From an uncultured Bacteroidia bacterium (lineage in GTDB: Bacteria; Bacteroidota; Bacteroidia; Bacteroidales; UBA932): 64,000 nt of DNA. The position numbers were made by a program, and so were the translations under genes. This document shows, in pieces, positions 18,832 to 27,356 of this stretch. The first letter of the stretch is position 1; each line of letters opens with the position of its first letter. The DNA lies in the NCBI GenBank assembly GCA_902789245.1, contig CADAND010000010.1, positions 9,323-73,322 of the forward strand. Direction: 5' to 3'. Under the pieces are notes generated by a model. It was given only the letters and a program-made list of their open reading frames with translations, searched no databases and was not told where the DNA came from.

Positions 18832-19416
18832 CTAACGGTTCCTCGCAAATTCGAGGCCCAGCTTGAAGGCCTCCAGGTTGGCGCTCACGACCTCGGTTCC
18901 CTTCCGGGCGAAGACGCGCGCGATGGCGTCGCGGAGCTGCTCCTCGCTGAGCAGCTGCTGCAGCGACGGGGCGGCCATGCCCAGCAGGATCATGTTCGCG
19001 CTCTTGGGCATCGCATGCTCGCGGGCGAGCGTCTCGATGTCGGCCCGCACCACGTGCGGGAGCGTATCCAGCTCGGCGAGCAGCGCCGCCTCGTCCGGAT
19101 AGTTGGGAATGTTGACCAGCGGCTTGCTGGACGTGATCACGGCGCCTTTCGGGGCAAGGTACGGCAGATAGCGCAGCGCCTCCATCGGCTCCATGGAGAT
19201 GATGAGGTCGGCCTGTCCGAGCGGGATCAGGTCGCTGCAGATGCCGTCCGTACTCAGGCGCATGTCACTCTGGACGTCGCCGCCGCGCTGGCTCATGCCG
19301 TGCACTTCGGCCTGCTTGAGATGCAGCCCGGCGGCAGTGGCAGCCTCGCCGATGATGGTCGCGATGGAGAGGATTCCCTGCCCTCCGACACCGGAAAGTT
19401 TGATATCGAGTTTCAT
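18832..19416 (-). CDS. iorB: indolepyruvate:ferredoxin oxidoreductase subunit beta
   Basis: MKLDIKLSGVGGQGILSIATIIGEAATAAGLHLKQAEVHGMSQRGG. ATGA overlap with the iorA stop. The longer track ORF (to 19965) is an out-of-context extension. Confidence 0.9.
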   Translation of the reverse strand: MKLDIKLSGVGGQGILSIATIIGEAATAAGLHLKQAEVHGMSQRGGDVQSDMRLSTDGICSDLIPLGQADLIISMEPMEALRYLPYLAPKGAVITSSKPLVNIPNYPDEAALLAELDTLPHVVRADIETLAREHAMPKSANMILLGMAAPSLQQLLSEEQLRDAIARVFARKGTEVVSANLEAFKLGLEFARNR

Positions 19417-21014
19417 TTCGTTTCCTGTTTTTTCTGACGGAGTTTGCGGCCCAGCGTCTGCATGCACTCGCGCTGCGGGATGATGACGGACACGCCGTGA
19501 TAATTGATTTCCTCGCGCAGGATGCGCGTGATCTCTTCCATGTTTTTCGGCAGCGGCACCACGACGTGCAGGTGCTCGCGCTCCACGCCCAGGGCAAGGC
19601 AGATGGCCTCGAACTTGTGCGTGCCCGCGGAATCCTGGCCGCCGGTCATGGCGGTCGTGAGGTTGTCGCTGATGATGACCGTGATGTCGGAGCCGTCGTT
19701 CACGGCGTCCAGCAGGCCGGTCATGCCGGAATGCGTGAAGGTGGAGTCGCCGATCACGGCGATGGCAGGATACACACCGGCGTCGGCGGCACCCTTGGCC
19801 ATGGTGATGGAAGCGCCCATGTCCACGCAACTGTCGATGGCGCGGAACGGGGGCAGCGCGCCCAGCGTGTAACAGCCGATGTCGCCGAAGATGCGGGCGT
19901 TGGGATACTCGGCAGCCACCTGATTCAGCGCCGTATAGACATCGCGGTGGCCGCAGCCCTGGCAAAGCTGGGGCGGCCGGGGGGCGAGGTTGTGCGCATT
20001 CTCGAAAGCGGGACCGCCCGTCACGCCGAGCGCCGCGGCGACGCAGTCGGGCGTCAGCTCGCCGGTGCGGGGCAGCTCGCCGGTCAGGCGGCCGGTCACG
20101 GAATAATCCGCACCGAGCAGGGTCTTCACCTGCTCCTCCACGAAGGGTTGTCCGTCCTCGACCACGAGCAGGCGGCGGCAGTGCGCGGCCAGTTCACGGA
20201 TCTGCCGGGCGGGCAGCGGATACTGCGAGAGTTTCAGGACCGGGAGGCCGGCGGGGGCCGACTCGCATACATAATTATAGGCGATGCCGGCGGCGATCAC
20301 GCCCACTTCACCCTGTGCGGGAATCGCCAGATGGTTGAATCCGGAGTGCTCCGAGAGCGTCTCGATCTCGGTCTGTTTGGCGATCAGCGCGGCATACTGC
20401 CGGCGGGCATTGCCGGGCAGCAGCACCCAGTGCGCACGCTCGGAATCGGGCTCCAGCGCGTTCTGGGCGAGCGGCTCGCCGGTCTGCACCGCGGCGCGGG
20501 AGTGCGCCAGGCGCGTGACAAGGCGCATCAGCACCGGCAGACGCAGCTGCTCGGAGAGCGCGAACGCCTTCGCCATCATATCGTAGGCTTCCTGTTGGTC
20601 GGACGGTTCCAGGATGGGGACCATCGCAAACTTGCCGTAGAAGCGGGAATCCTGCTCGTTCTGGGAGGAATGCATGGACGGATCGTCCGCAGCCAGCACC
20701 ACGAGGCCGCCTTTCACGCCCGTGACGGCGGCATTGACGAAGGCGTCGGCGCAGACGTTCATGCCCACGTGTTTCATACACACCAGCGCCCGCTTGCCGG
20801 CGTACGACATGCCCAGCGCGGCTTCCATCGCCGTCTTCTCGTTGGTGCACCAACGACTGCGCACGCCGCGCTCCCGCGCGAACGGACTCTGCTGGATAAA
20901 TTCGGTAATCTCGGTCGAAGGCGTGCCCGGATAGGCATAGACGCCGGACAGACCGGCGTGCAAGGCCCCGAGGGCCACCGCTTCATCGCCAAGAAGCAAT
21001 CGTTTTTCTGCCAT
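19413..21014 (-). CDS. iorA: indolepyruvate:ferredoxin oxidoreductase subunit alpha
   Basis: MAEKRLLLGDEAVALGALHAGLSGVYAYPGTPSTEI...; TPP-binding GDIGCYTLG and GDSTFTHSG motifs. TATATTTG box upstream at about 21035. Confidence 0.9.
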   Translation of the reverse strand: MAEKRLLLGDEAVALGALHAGLSGVYAYPGTPSTEITEFIQQSPFARERGVRSRWCTNEKTAMEAALGMSYAGKRALVCMKHVGMNVCADAFVNAAVTGVKGGLVVLAADDPSMHSSQNEQDSRFYGKFAMVPILEPSDQQEAYDMMAKAFALSEQLRLPVLMRLVTRLAHSRAAVQTGEPLAQNALEPDSERAHWVLLPGNARRQYAALIAKQTEIETLSEHSGFNHLAIPAQGEVGVIAAGIAYNYVCESAPAGLPVLKLSQYPLPARQIRELAAHCRRLLVVEDGQPFVEEQVKTLLGADYSVTGRLTGELPRTGELTPDCVAAALGVTGGPAFENAHNLAPRPPQLCQGCGHRDVYTALNQVAAEYPNARIFGDIGCYTLGALPPFRAIDSCVDMGASITMAKGAADAGVYPAIAVIGDSTFTHSGMTGLLDAVNDGSDITVIISDNLTTAMTGGQDSAGTHKFEAICLALGVEREHLHVVVPLPKNMEEITRILREEINYHGVSVIIPQRECMQTLGRKLRQKKQETK

Positions 21015-21080
21015 ATGAATACAATAACTAACCGGAACAAATATACTTTATTCCGGTCAAGAAAGCAAGAAATCGGGAAA

Positions 21081-22316
21081 CTATTTGGCCTCCGCCTTCT
21101 TCAAGCGGCCGATCGCGTTCTCCAGACTCTCCGTCGGCTCGATGATGTTGTAGTCCTTCCAGAAGTCGGGATCGAAATAGGCCTGGGTCTTGTCGGCCAG
21201 CGTCTCGCTGCTGCGGAAGGCGTCCTTGCGGTCGATCGGCTCGACGGCTTCGCCCGTATAGCGGTTCGTCACGACCATCTCCGCGATGGCGGTGAATTCC
21301 GTGTTGAACAGGCGCCTGCGGGAGTCGCAGTTGAAGCGGAACACCGTGCGGACGTAGCTCAGACGGTTCTTGCCGTCCTCGCGCTTGTAGTTCAGCAGCA
21401 GCGACATCTCCTTCGGGCGGAAGCGGATGTCCATCGGCTTGTTGATCAGCATCGCCTGCGTGGCCTTGGCCGGGTCGGAGACGTCCAGCGAGAGCTCGAT
21501 GCGGGAGAAGGCCAGCGACTCCTGGTCGATGTAGATCATGCCGTTGTGCAGGGCGAATTCCTTCTCGGCGGCGGGGATGAGCCGGATCACGAACTGGCGC
21601 CGGTCGTCCAGCATCACGGGATCCAGCATCTCCAGGCGGTAATTCTCCAGATCATCCTGGTCCAGGATGAACGTGCGCAGCTTGACCAGGTCGAGGTCGA
21701 CGGCCTGCGTGGGGCCGCCCAGCACCTTCACCGCCAGGGTATCCGTCTTTCGCGGGCTCTGCAGCAGGCGGCTCTTCTCCACGGCGGCGCGGTCACGGGA
21801 GAAATTGATCCGGTACGGGGTCTTGTACATCTTGGTGACCGCTTCGGAGATATAGATGAAGCGCTGACGCTTCTGGACCGTCTCACGGTAGAAGCAGTCG
21901 AAGAGTTCGGCCTGATCGGGGCCGTTCGCGTTGACCTTGTAGATGGCGTCCAGCAGCAGGGTCAGCGGGTCTGCTGAGACCACTTGCGCCGGGTCCAGCG
22001 TGAACTGTCCGCGCGAGAGGGAGACCCGCATCAGCTGGTCACGGTCGGCCGGGACGGTCTGCGGTTTGTATCCCAGCAGGGAGAAGGAGACAAAACGGGG
22101 CTGCTGGTCGGATTTGATCACGAAAGCACCGTCCTGGTTGGTGACAGTCGCATAGTTGGTTCCCGGGAGGGTCACGGACACGTAGCCCAGCGGGTGGCCG
22201 CCCGTGGCATCGGTCACGATACCGCGCACGACGTATCGGAGGCTGTCAGTCTGGCCAAAGGCCATGGGGCCCGCCAGAAGACAAATCAAGGTTAAGATTC
22301 GGGTAATGGTTTTCAC
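21081..22316 (-). CDS. carboxypeptidase-regulatory-like domain protein (secreted)
   Basis: GTG start; signal MKTITRILTLICLLAGPMAFGQ; then VVRGIVTDATGGHPLGYVSVTLPGTNYATVTNQDGAFVI (CarboxypepD_reg-like). The remainder is unassigned. Confidence 0.7.
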   Translation of the reverse strand: MKTITRILTLICLLAGPMAFGQTDSLRYVVRGIVTDATGGHPLGYVSVTLPGTNYATVTNQDGAFVIKSDQQPRFVSFSLLGYKPQTVPADRDQLMRVSLSRGQFTLDPAQVVSADPLTLLLDAIYKVNANGPDQAELFDCFYRETVQKRQRFIYISEAVTKMYKTPYRINFSRDRAAVEKSRLLQSPRKTDTLAVKVLGGPTQAVDLDLVKLRTFILDQDDLENYRLEMLDPVMLDDRRQFVIRLIPAAEKEFALHNGMIYIDQESLAFSRIELSLDVSDPAKATQAMLINKPMDIRFRPKEMSLLLNYKREDGKNRLSYVRTVFRFNCDSRRRLFNTEFTAIAEMVVTNRYTGEAVEPIDRKDAFRSSETLADKTQAYFDPDFWKDYNIIEPTESLENAIGRLKKAEAK

Positions 22317-22381
22317 GGCATTTGGTTTTTATTCCGAAAGATAAGAAAAAAACAGAAATTCGGTATCTTTGTATGTAAGAA

Positions 22382-23518
22382 ATGAAGATTCTCCTCGCTC
22401 CCGATTCCTTCAAGGGCTGTCTGACCGCCCGGGAAGTGGCCGACGCCCTGGCAGCCGGTCTGCGTCGCGTGCACCCGGCATGCGATCCGGTAATCCTGCC
22501 CGTCGCGGACGGAGGCGAGGGTTTCTGCGCAGCCGTTCTGTCTGCCCGTGGCGGGGAATGGGTACAGGCCGACACGGTCGATCCGCTCGGCCGCCCGATG
22601 GAGGCGCGCTATGCGGTCTGCGGCGACACCGCCGTTGTCGAGGTGGCGGCCGCCAGCGGCCTTCCCCTTCTCCGGAACGGGGAACGCCACCCGCTGCAGA
22701 CCACGTCCTTCGGCACGGGCATGCTCATCCGTGACGCGCTGGACCGGGGCTTACGGAAAATGCTGATCGGTCTGGGCGGCAGCGCCACCCACGACGCCGG
22801 CACGGGCCTGCTTTCCGCACTCGGGTTCCGCTTTCTGGATGCCTCCGGGAAGGAATTGCCGGGCATCGGCGCCTCGCTGGGCCGCATCGCGGGCATCGAC
22901 CGCAGCGGCGCGCATCCGGCCCTGGCCGGGACGCATTTTACCGCTGCCTGCGACGTGGACACTCCCCTTTTCGGTCCGTCCGGCGCCGCCGAGGTCTTTG
23001 CGCCGCAGAAAGGCGCCACCCCCGAGGAGGTTCGCCTGCTGGATGCGGGGACGGCGGCATTCGCGGAAGTCGTCAGGAGGGAGATGCCCGATCAGGTCGG
23101 GCATGACGAGAAGACGGTCGGGCAGGACGCGAAAGGATACGGCGCGGCGGGCGGCATCGGCTGGGCGCTGCACACGATGCTGGGCGCCCGGCTGGAGAGC
23201 GGCATCGACCTGGTGCTGGACGCCGCCGGTTTCGACACCCTGCTTCGGGACGCCGCCCTGGTCATCACCGGCGAAGGCCGGCTGGACGGCCAGACCGCCC
23301 GCGGGAAGGCTGCGGCCGGGATCCTGCGCCGCGCGCAGCGGGCCGGCGTGCCGGTTGCCGCCGTCTGCGGCCGCATCGCCCCCGGCCCCGCACTCCCCTT
23401 CTCCCGGATCCTCGCCTTGGCGGACGACAGCATCCCCGACAGCATCGCCATGCGCCCCGACTGGGCGCGCGGGCGAATTGCCGAAGCAGCCGCTTCCATT
23501 ATTCGGGAATATTTGTAA
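22382..23518 (+). CDS. glxK: glycerate kinase
   Basis: MKILLAPDSFKGCLTAREVADALAAGL...PVADGGEGF...ITGEGRLDGQTARGK. TATCTTTG box at about 22362. Confidence 0.9.
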   Translation: MKILLAPDSFKGCLTAREVADALAAGLRRVHPACDPVILPVADGGEGFCAAVLSARGGEWVQADTVDPLGRPMEARYAVCGDTAVVEVAAASGLPLLRNGERHPLQTTSFGTGMLIRDALDRGLRKMLIGLGGSATHDAGTGLLSALGFRFLDASGKELPGIGASLGRIAGIDRSGAHPALAGTHFTAACDVDTPLFGPSGAAEVFAPQKGATPEEVRLLDAGTAAFAEVVRREMPDQVGHDEKTVGQDAKGYGAAGGIGWALHTMLGARLESGIDLVLDAAGFDTLLRDAALVITGEGRLDGQTARGKAAAGILRRAQRAGVPVAAVCGRIAPGPALPFSRILALADDSIPDSIAMRPDWARGRIAEAAASIIREYL

Positions 23519-23544
23519 CTTTGCGCGCCGTTAGTTACGCTTCA

Positions 23545-24483
23545 ATGCAATATCTGGGAGAAATCATCTCGCTCGTCGTGGCTATGTTGTGGACCGCGAC
23601 CGCGCTCTTCGCCAATGAGGCGAGCCGCAGGATCGGCGCCATGAGCACCAACCTGTTCCGCATGATCCTGTCATCCATCCTGCTCGCCATGCTCCTCTGG
23701 ATCGCCATCGGATACCCTTACCCCGCTTTTGCCGACGGCAAGACCTGGCTCTGGATGGGCCTCTCCGCCCTGGTCGGCTACGTGTTCGGGGATTTCTGCC
23801 TGTTCAACTCCTACGTCGTGATCGGCGCCCGCTTCGGGCAGCTCTTCATGACGCTCGCGCCCGTTTTCGCCGCCTTCGCGGGCTGGATCCTGCTCGGCGA
23901 GACGCTCTCCTGGAAGTCCGTGCTCGCCATGGGCGTGACCCTGTCCGGTATCGCCCTTTCCATCCTCAGCCGCTCCCAGGACGGCCACCATCTCACGCTC
24001 AGACTGCCCCTCAAGGGCGTCCTGCTGGGCATCGGCGCCGGCATGGGCCAGGGCGTGGGCCTGGTGCTGAGCAAGATCGGCATGCAGCACTACGAAGCGG
24101 CGCTCCCCGCCGACGTGCCCGCCGCCTTCGACTGGGCCATGCCCTTCGCCTCCACGATGATCCGGTCCCTGACCGGCACCGTCGGATTCTTCGTCTGGAT
24201 GGCCCTGATGCGCCAGCTGCCGCAGCTGCGCGCCGCCGTACACAACCGACGCGGCATGCAGTTCACCGGCCTCACGACCCTCTTCGGGCCCTTCATCGGC
24301 GTGTCGCTCTCGCTCATGGCCGTGCAGTACGCCCACGCCGGCATCGCCTCCACGCTGATGGCCCTCACGCCCGTGCTCATCATCCTTCCCTACGCGATGA
24401 TCTACAAACAAAAGATCACGCCGAAGGAAATCCTCGGCGTGACCGTTTCGATGATAGGCGTCGCGCTATTTTTCCTCCTGTAA
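23545..24483 (+). CDS. DMT/EamA family transporter
   Basis: Ten hydrophobic segments in two EamA-like halves; ATG 23545 preferred over TTG 23521. Confidence 0.8.
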   Translation: MQYLGEIISLVVAMLWTATALFANEASRRIGAMSTNLFRMILSSILLAMLLWIAIGYPYPAFADGKTWLWMGLSALVGYVFGDFCLFNSYVVIGARFGQLFMTLAPVFAAFAGWILLGETLSWKSVLAMGVTLSGIALSILSRSQDGHHLTLRLPLKGVLLGIGAGMGQGVGLVLSKIGMQHYEAALPADVPAAFDWAMPFASTMIRSLTGTVGFFVWMALMRQLPQLRAAVHNRRGMQFTGLTTLFGPFIGVSLSLMAVQYAHAGIASTLMALTPVLIILPYAMIYKQKITPKEILGVTVSMIGVALFFLL

Positions 24484-25689
24484 GCAGGAATCCATCAGCG
24501 ACTCGATCTCTTCCTTGTCCAGGTGCTGCCCGATGAACACGATCTTGTTCATGCGGTCGCCGTACTCCGGATCCCAGTCGCGGCGCAGCTTGGCGTCGCG
24601 CCGCATCATCTCCTGCAGCTCGTCGCGCGGCATCGTGGCGAACCAGTATCCCGCGTCCTTGAGCGTCTTCTGCTGACCGGCCGTCTCGAAGAGGTAGCAC
24701 TTGTCGGTGTCGGCGCTGAAGTAGCACAGGCCCTTGCTGCGGATGATATTCTTCGGCCACTTCTTCGCGACGAAATAGTCGAACTTGTTGATATCCAGCG
24801 CAGGACGCGAGTAATACACGTAGGTCCCGACGCCGTACTCCTCGGCCTCGCCCTCTTCATGGTCGTGATCATGGTGGTGTTCATGGTGATGATGCTCATG
24901 TTCATCGTGATCGTGATCGTGATCGTCGTCATCGTGGTCGTCGTCGCCCTCGATTTCAGCGATCCAGGCAGCGCTGGTGGCCACCTTGTCGAAGTCGAAG
25001 AGGCCTGTGTGCAGGAGCTTGTCCAGCTCGATGTCGCCGTAGTCGCAGGTCAGGATCTCGGCCTTCGGCTGCAGGGCGCGGACGATGCTCTTCACGCGCC
25101 CGAGCTCCTCGGGCGTGACCTCGGAGGCCTTGTTGAGCAGCACGATGTTGCAGAACTCGATCTGCTCGATCACGAGGTTCTCGATATCCTCCTCGTCGAT
25201 GTTTTCGCGCTTGAGCGCCTCGCCGCAGGCAAATTCGTCTTTCATCCGCAGGGCATCCACGACCGTGACGATGCAGTCCATCGTCGGGATGGCGACGCCC
25301 GGGTAGGACGGCCGCGAGAGTTGCGGATAGGAGTTGATCGTCTGCGCAATCGGTGCGGGCTCGCAGATGCCGCTCGCCTCGATCGCGATATAGTCGAACT
25401 TGTTCATCTTCGCGATCTCCTCCAGCTGGGCGATGAGGTCCATCTTCAGCGTGCAGCAGATGCAGCCGTTCTGCAGGGCCACCAGGCTGTCGTCCGTCTG
25501 CCCCACGACGCCGCCCTTCTCAATCAGGTCCGCATCGATGTTCACCTCGCCCAAGTCGTTGACAATCACCGCGAACTTGATGCCGCGGCGGTTCGTCAGA
25601 ATCCTGTTCAGGAGCGTCGTCTTGCCGCTCCCCAGATAGCCGGTGATCAGCAGCACCGGCAACTGCTTGTTTTCCAATTCGATATTCAT
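24466..25689 (-). CDS. COG0523/CobW-family metallochaperone GTPase with His/Asp-rich insert
   Basis: P-loop GYLGSGKTTLLN, CxCC motif GCICCTL, His/Asp tract DDDHDDDDHDHDHDEHEHHHHEHHHDHDHEE, CobW_C-like end. Confidence 0.9.
   Translation of the reverse strand: MNIELENKQLPVLLITGYLGSGKTTLLNRILTNRRGIKFAVIVNDLGEVNIDADLIEKGGVVGQTDDSLVALQNGCICCTLKMDLIAQLEEIAKMNKFDYIAIEASGICEPAPIAQTINSYPQLSRPSYPGVAIPTMDCIVTVVDALRMKDEFACGEALKRENIDEEDIENLVIEQIEFCNIVLLNKASEVTPEELGRVKSIVRALQPKAEILTCDYGDIELDKLLHTGLFDFDKVATSAAWIAEIEGDDDHDDDDHDHDHDEHEHHHHEHHHDHDHEEGEAEEYGVGTYVYYSRPALDINKFDYFVAKKWPKNIIRSKGLCYFSADTDKCYLFETAGQQKTLKDAGYWFATMPRDELQEMMRRDAKLRRDWDPEYGDRMNKIVFIGQHLDKEEIESLMDSCLQEEK
24838..24948 (-). repeat. short-period GTGATC/GTCGTC-type coding repeat encoding the His/Asp tract
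   Basis: Plus strand reads ...catcgtgatcgtgatcgtgatcgtcgtcatcgtggtcgtcgtc... Confidence 0.7.
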
Positions 25690-25775
25690 AATTCTCTTCC
25701 GTCATTCGCCGGCTCTGACCGGCGAATCTCTTTTCCGCCGCGAAGTTAGCAATTATTCCAACATCTTCTTCCCGG

Positions 25776-27356
25776 CTAGTAGGCGAAAACGGGACGAAGG
25801 GATAAACCGCGACTACGGACGACGCTGTTGTGTTTCACTTCATTCGAGTAGAAGCACACGTACCAAGCGCCGCCCGAGCCAATATAGAGGGAGGAAGACC
25901 AATAGAGGCCATCGGTACCCACACTTTTGAAGTCGGCATCGATCCGGGATCCGGCCGCAGGAAGGAAGATACTGTTGCCCGAACAGGGGCCTGTACCGGA
26001 CTTGCGGGTCACCAGCATACCGTTCTTGCCGAAACCTTTGTAATCCGTCGTCCAAACCCAGTCGTAGAGGCTGGCATCACGCAGCGCCGTCCACTCCGCG
26101 TCCGTAGGGATACGCCAGTTGCCGCCCCAAATCTGGCGGGCGGCATCGTCGACGTAGTTGTAGTCGGCAAAGGAGGACTTGCCGTCGCCGATGAAGTTAC
26201 CATTCCCGTCATACCAGATGGCGACGGTCCAGTCGTCTGCTGTGGTGTACTTAGTGATATGGTACCTGTCGGCTTGGCCTGCCTGCATAAAGGCATAGTT
26301 GCCCCAATCGTAAGTGTTCTTCGTCGTCGTCTCGCCCCAGGCGTAGTAATCGCCGTAGTCCCAGGGATTCGCTGCGCCGATGTTGCAAGTGGACCAGTAC
26401 AGATGCTTCTTCACGCCGTTGATGTCCACTTCGCCCATATCCACGTACGCCGACCAAACCTTCGCCTCGCCGCCCGGCAAACTTGCACCGCTGGTCCAGT
26501 CAGCGACGGACACGCTGTCCAGGCTGATGCGGTCGTTGCCCATCGCCAGGCCCAGGGTGGTGTGCTTGCCGCTCTCCAGCGGAATGTCGGCGTTCGCCGT
26601 ATAGACGTATTTCACGCCGCCAAGGACGACGGTAATCGACCGTACACCGGTCTGCGGGACCTGGATGCCGCTGAAGCTGAGAGCGTAGCCCGGAGCCGCC
26701 GAAGCGGCGGCGGGCAAGGCAATAGTCACGGGCGCGGCGGCGGAGCAGGTCACGGCCTGCGTGAGATAGTTCACCGTGGCGCCGTCTTTCGCCTCGACGG
26801 TGACGCTGACGCTGCCCGCATCGGGAACGGACGTCCAGTCGCTCCGCAGGCGCAGGTTCACGCTGAGACGCGCCATCGCGTGCTTGAAGCTCAGCGGCAC
26901 GGCGACACCGGAATTTTGGACGCCGGCGGGCGTCGTGGCGAGCAGCAGATCGCTGGCGGCATTGTCCGCCGGATTGAGCGTGTACGGCACCGCCGTGAAA
27001 TCGGAAATCAATGTCGTCGGGGTCGGATAGATGCCGAGGAAGTAGTGCGGATCGGACACGTTCTTCCAGAACATCGGCATCGCGGGCGTCCACTTCGACC
27101 CGTCGAACGTGTTCGCGACGCCGTCCACCTGGCGGCTGGCGGGAATCTCCGTCGCGCTGCCCAGCCAGGCGTAAACGGCGATTCTGTCGCCGGCGGTGAA
27201 CTGCGTATGGACGCCGTCGTCGGTGGTCTTCGTCATCGCGCCCACCGTCGCTTCGACGGTGATCTCCCCCACGCCCGCAGGCACCGGCTCCTTGCCGCAG
27301 CCCACGAGTGCCAGGAGCGCTATCGTTAAGTATATGCTAAGTCTTTTCATATTCAT
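25776..27356 (-). CDS. fimbrillin-like N-domain lipoprotein with C-terminal DUF1566/FISUMP-type (C-type-lectin-like) domain (operon gene 6)
   Basis: Lipobox LLALVGC. The N-terminal 285 aa are paralogous to 27356..30124. The C-terminus has YWSTCNIGA..WDYGDYYAWGE...WRIPTDAEWTAL...FLPAAG...YWSSS...GLSLRPV motifs. TAATG overlap with the upstream stop. Confidence 0.75.
   Translation of the reverse strand: MNMKRLSIYLTIALLALVGCGKEPVPAGVGEITVEATVGAMTKTTDDGVHTQFTAGDRIAVYAWLGSATEIPASRQVDGVANTFDGSKWTPAMPMFWKNVSDPHYFLGIYPTPTTLISDFTAVPYTLNPADNAASDLLLATTPAGVQNSGVAVPLSFKHAMARLSVNLRLRSDWTSVPDAGSVSVTVEAKDGATVNYLTQAVTCSAAAPVTIALPAAASAAPGYALSFSGIQVPQTGVRSITVVLGGVKYVYTANADIPLESGKHTTLGLAMGNDRISLDSVSVADWTSGASLPGGEAKVWSAYVDMGEVDINGVKKHLYWSTCNIGAANPWDYGDYYAWGETTTKNTYDWGNYAFMQAGQADRYHITKYTTADDWTVAIWYDGNGNFIGDGKSSFADYNYVDDAARQIWGGNWRIPTDAEWTALRDASLYDWVWTTDYKGFGKNGMLVTRKSGTGPCSGNSIFLPAAGSRIDADFKSVGTDGLYWSSSLYIGSGGAWYVCFYSNEVKHNSVVRSRGLSLRPVFAY

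Noticed and set aside
19497-21977. 826-aa plus-strand ORF spanning iorA and part of the next gene
   Set aside because: It is antisense to two recognised genes and crosses their intergenic terminator and promoter. It is low-complexity and Arg/Gly/Ala/His-rich. This is a shadow ORF.
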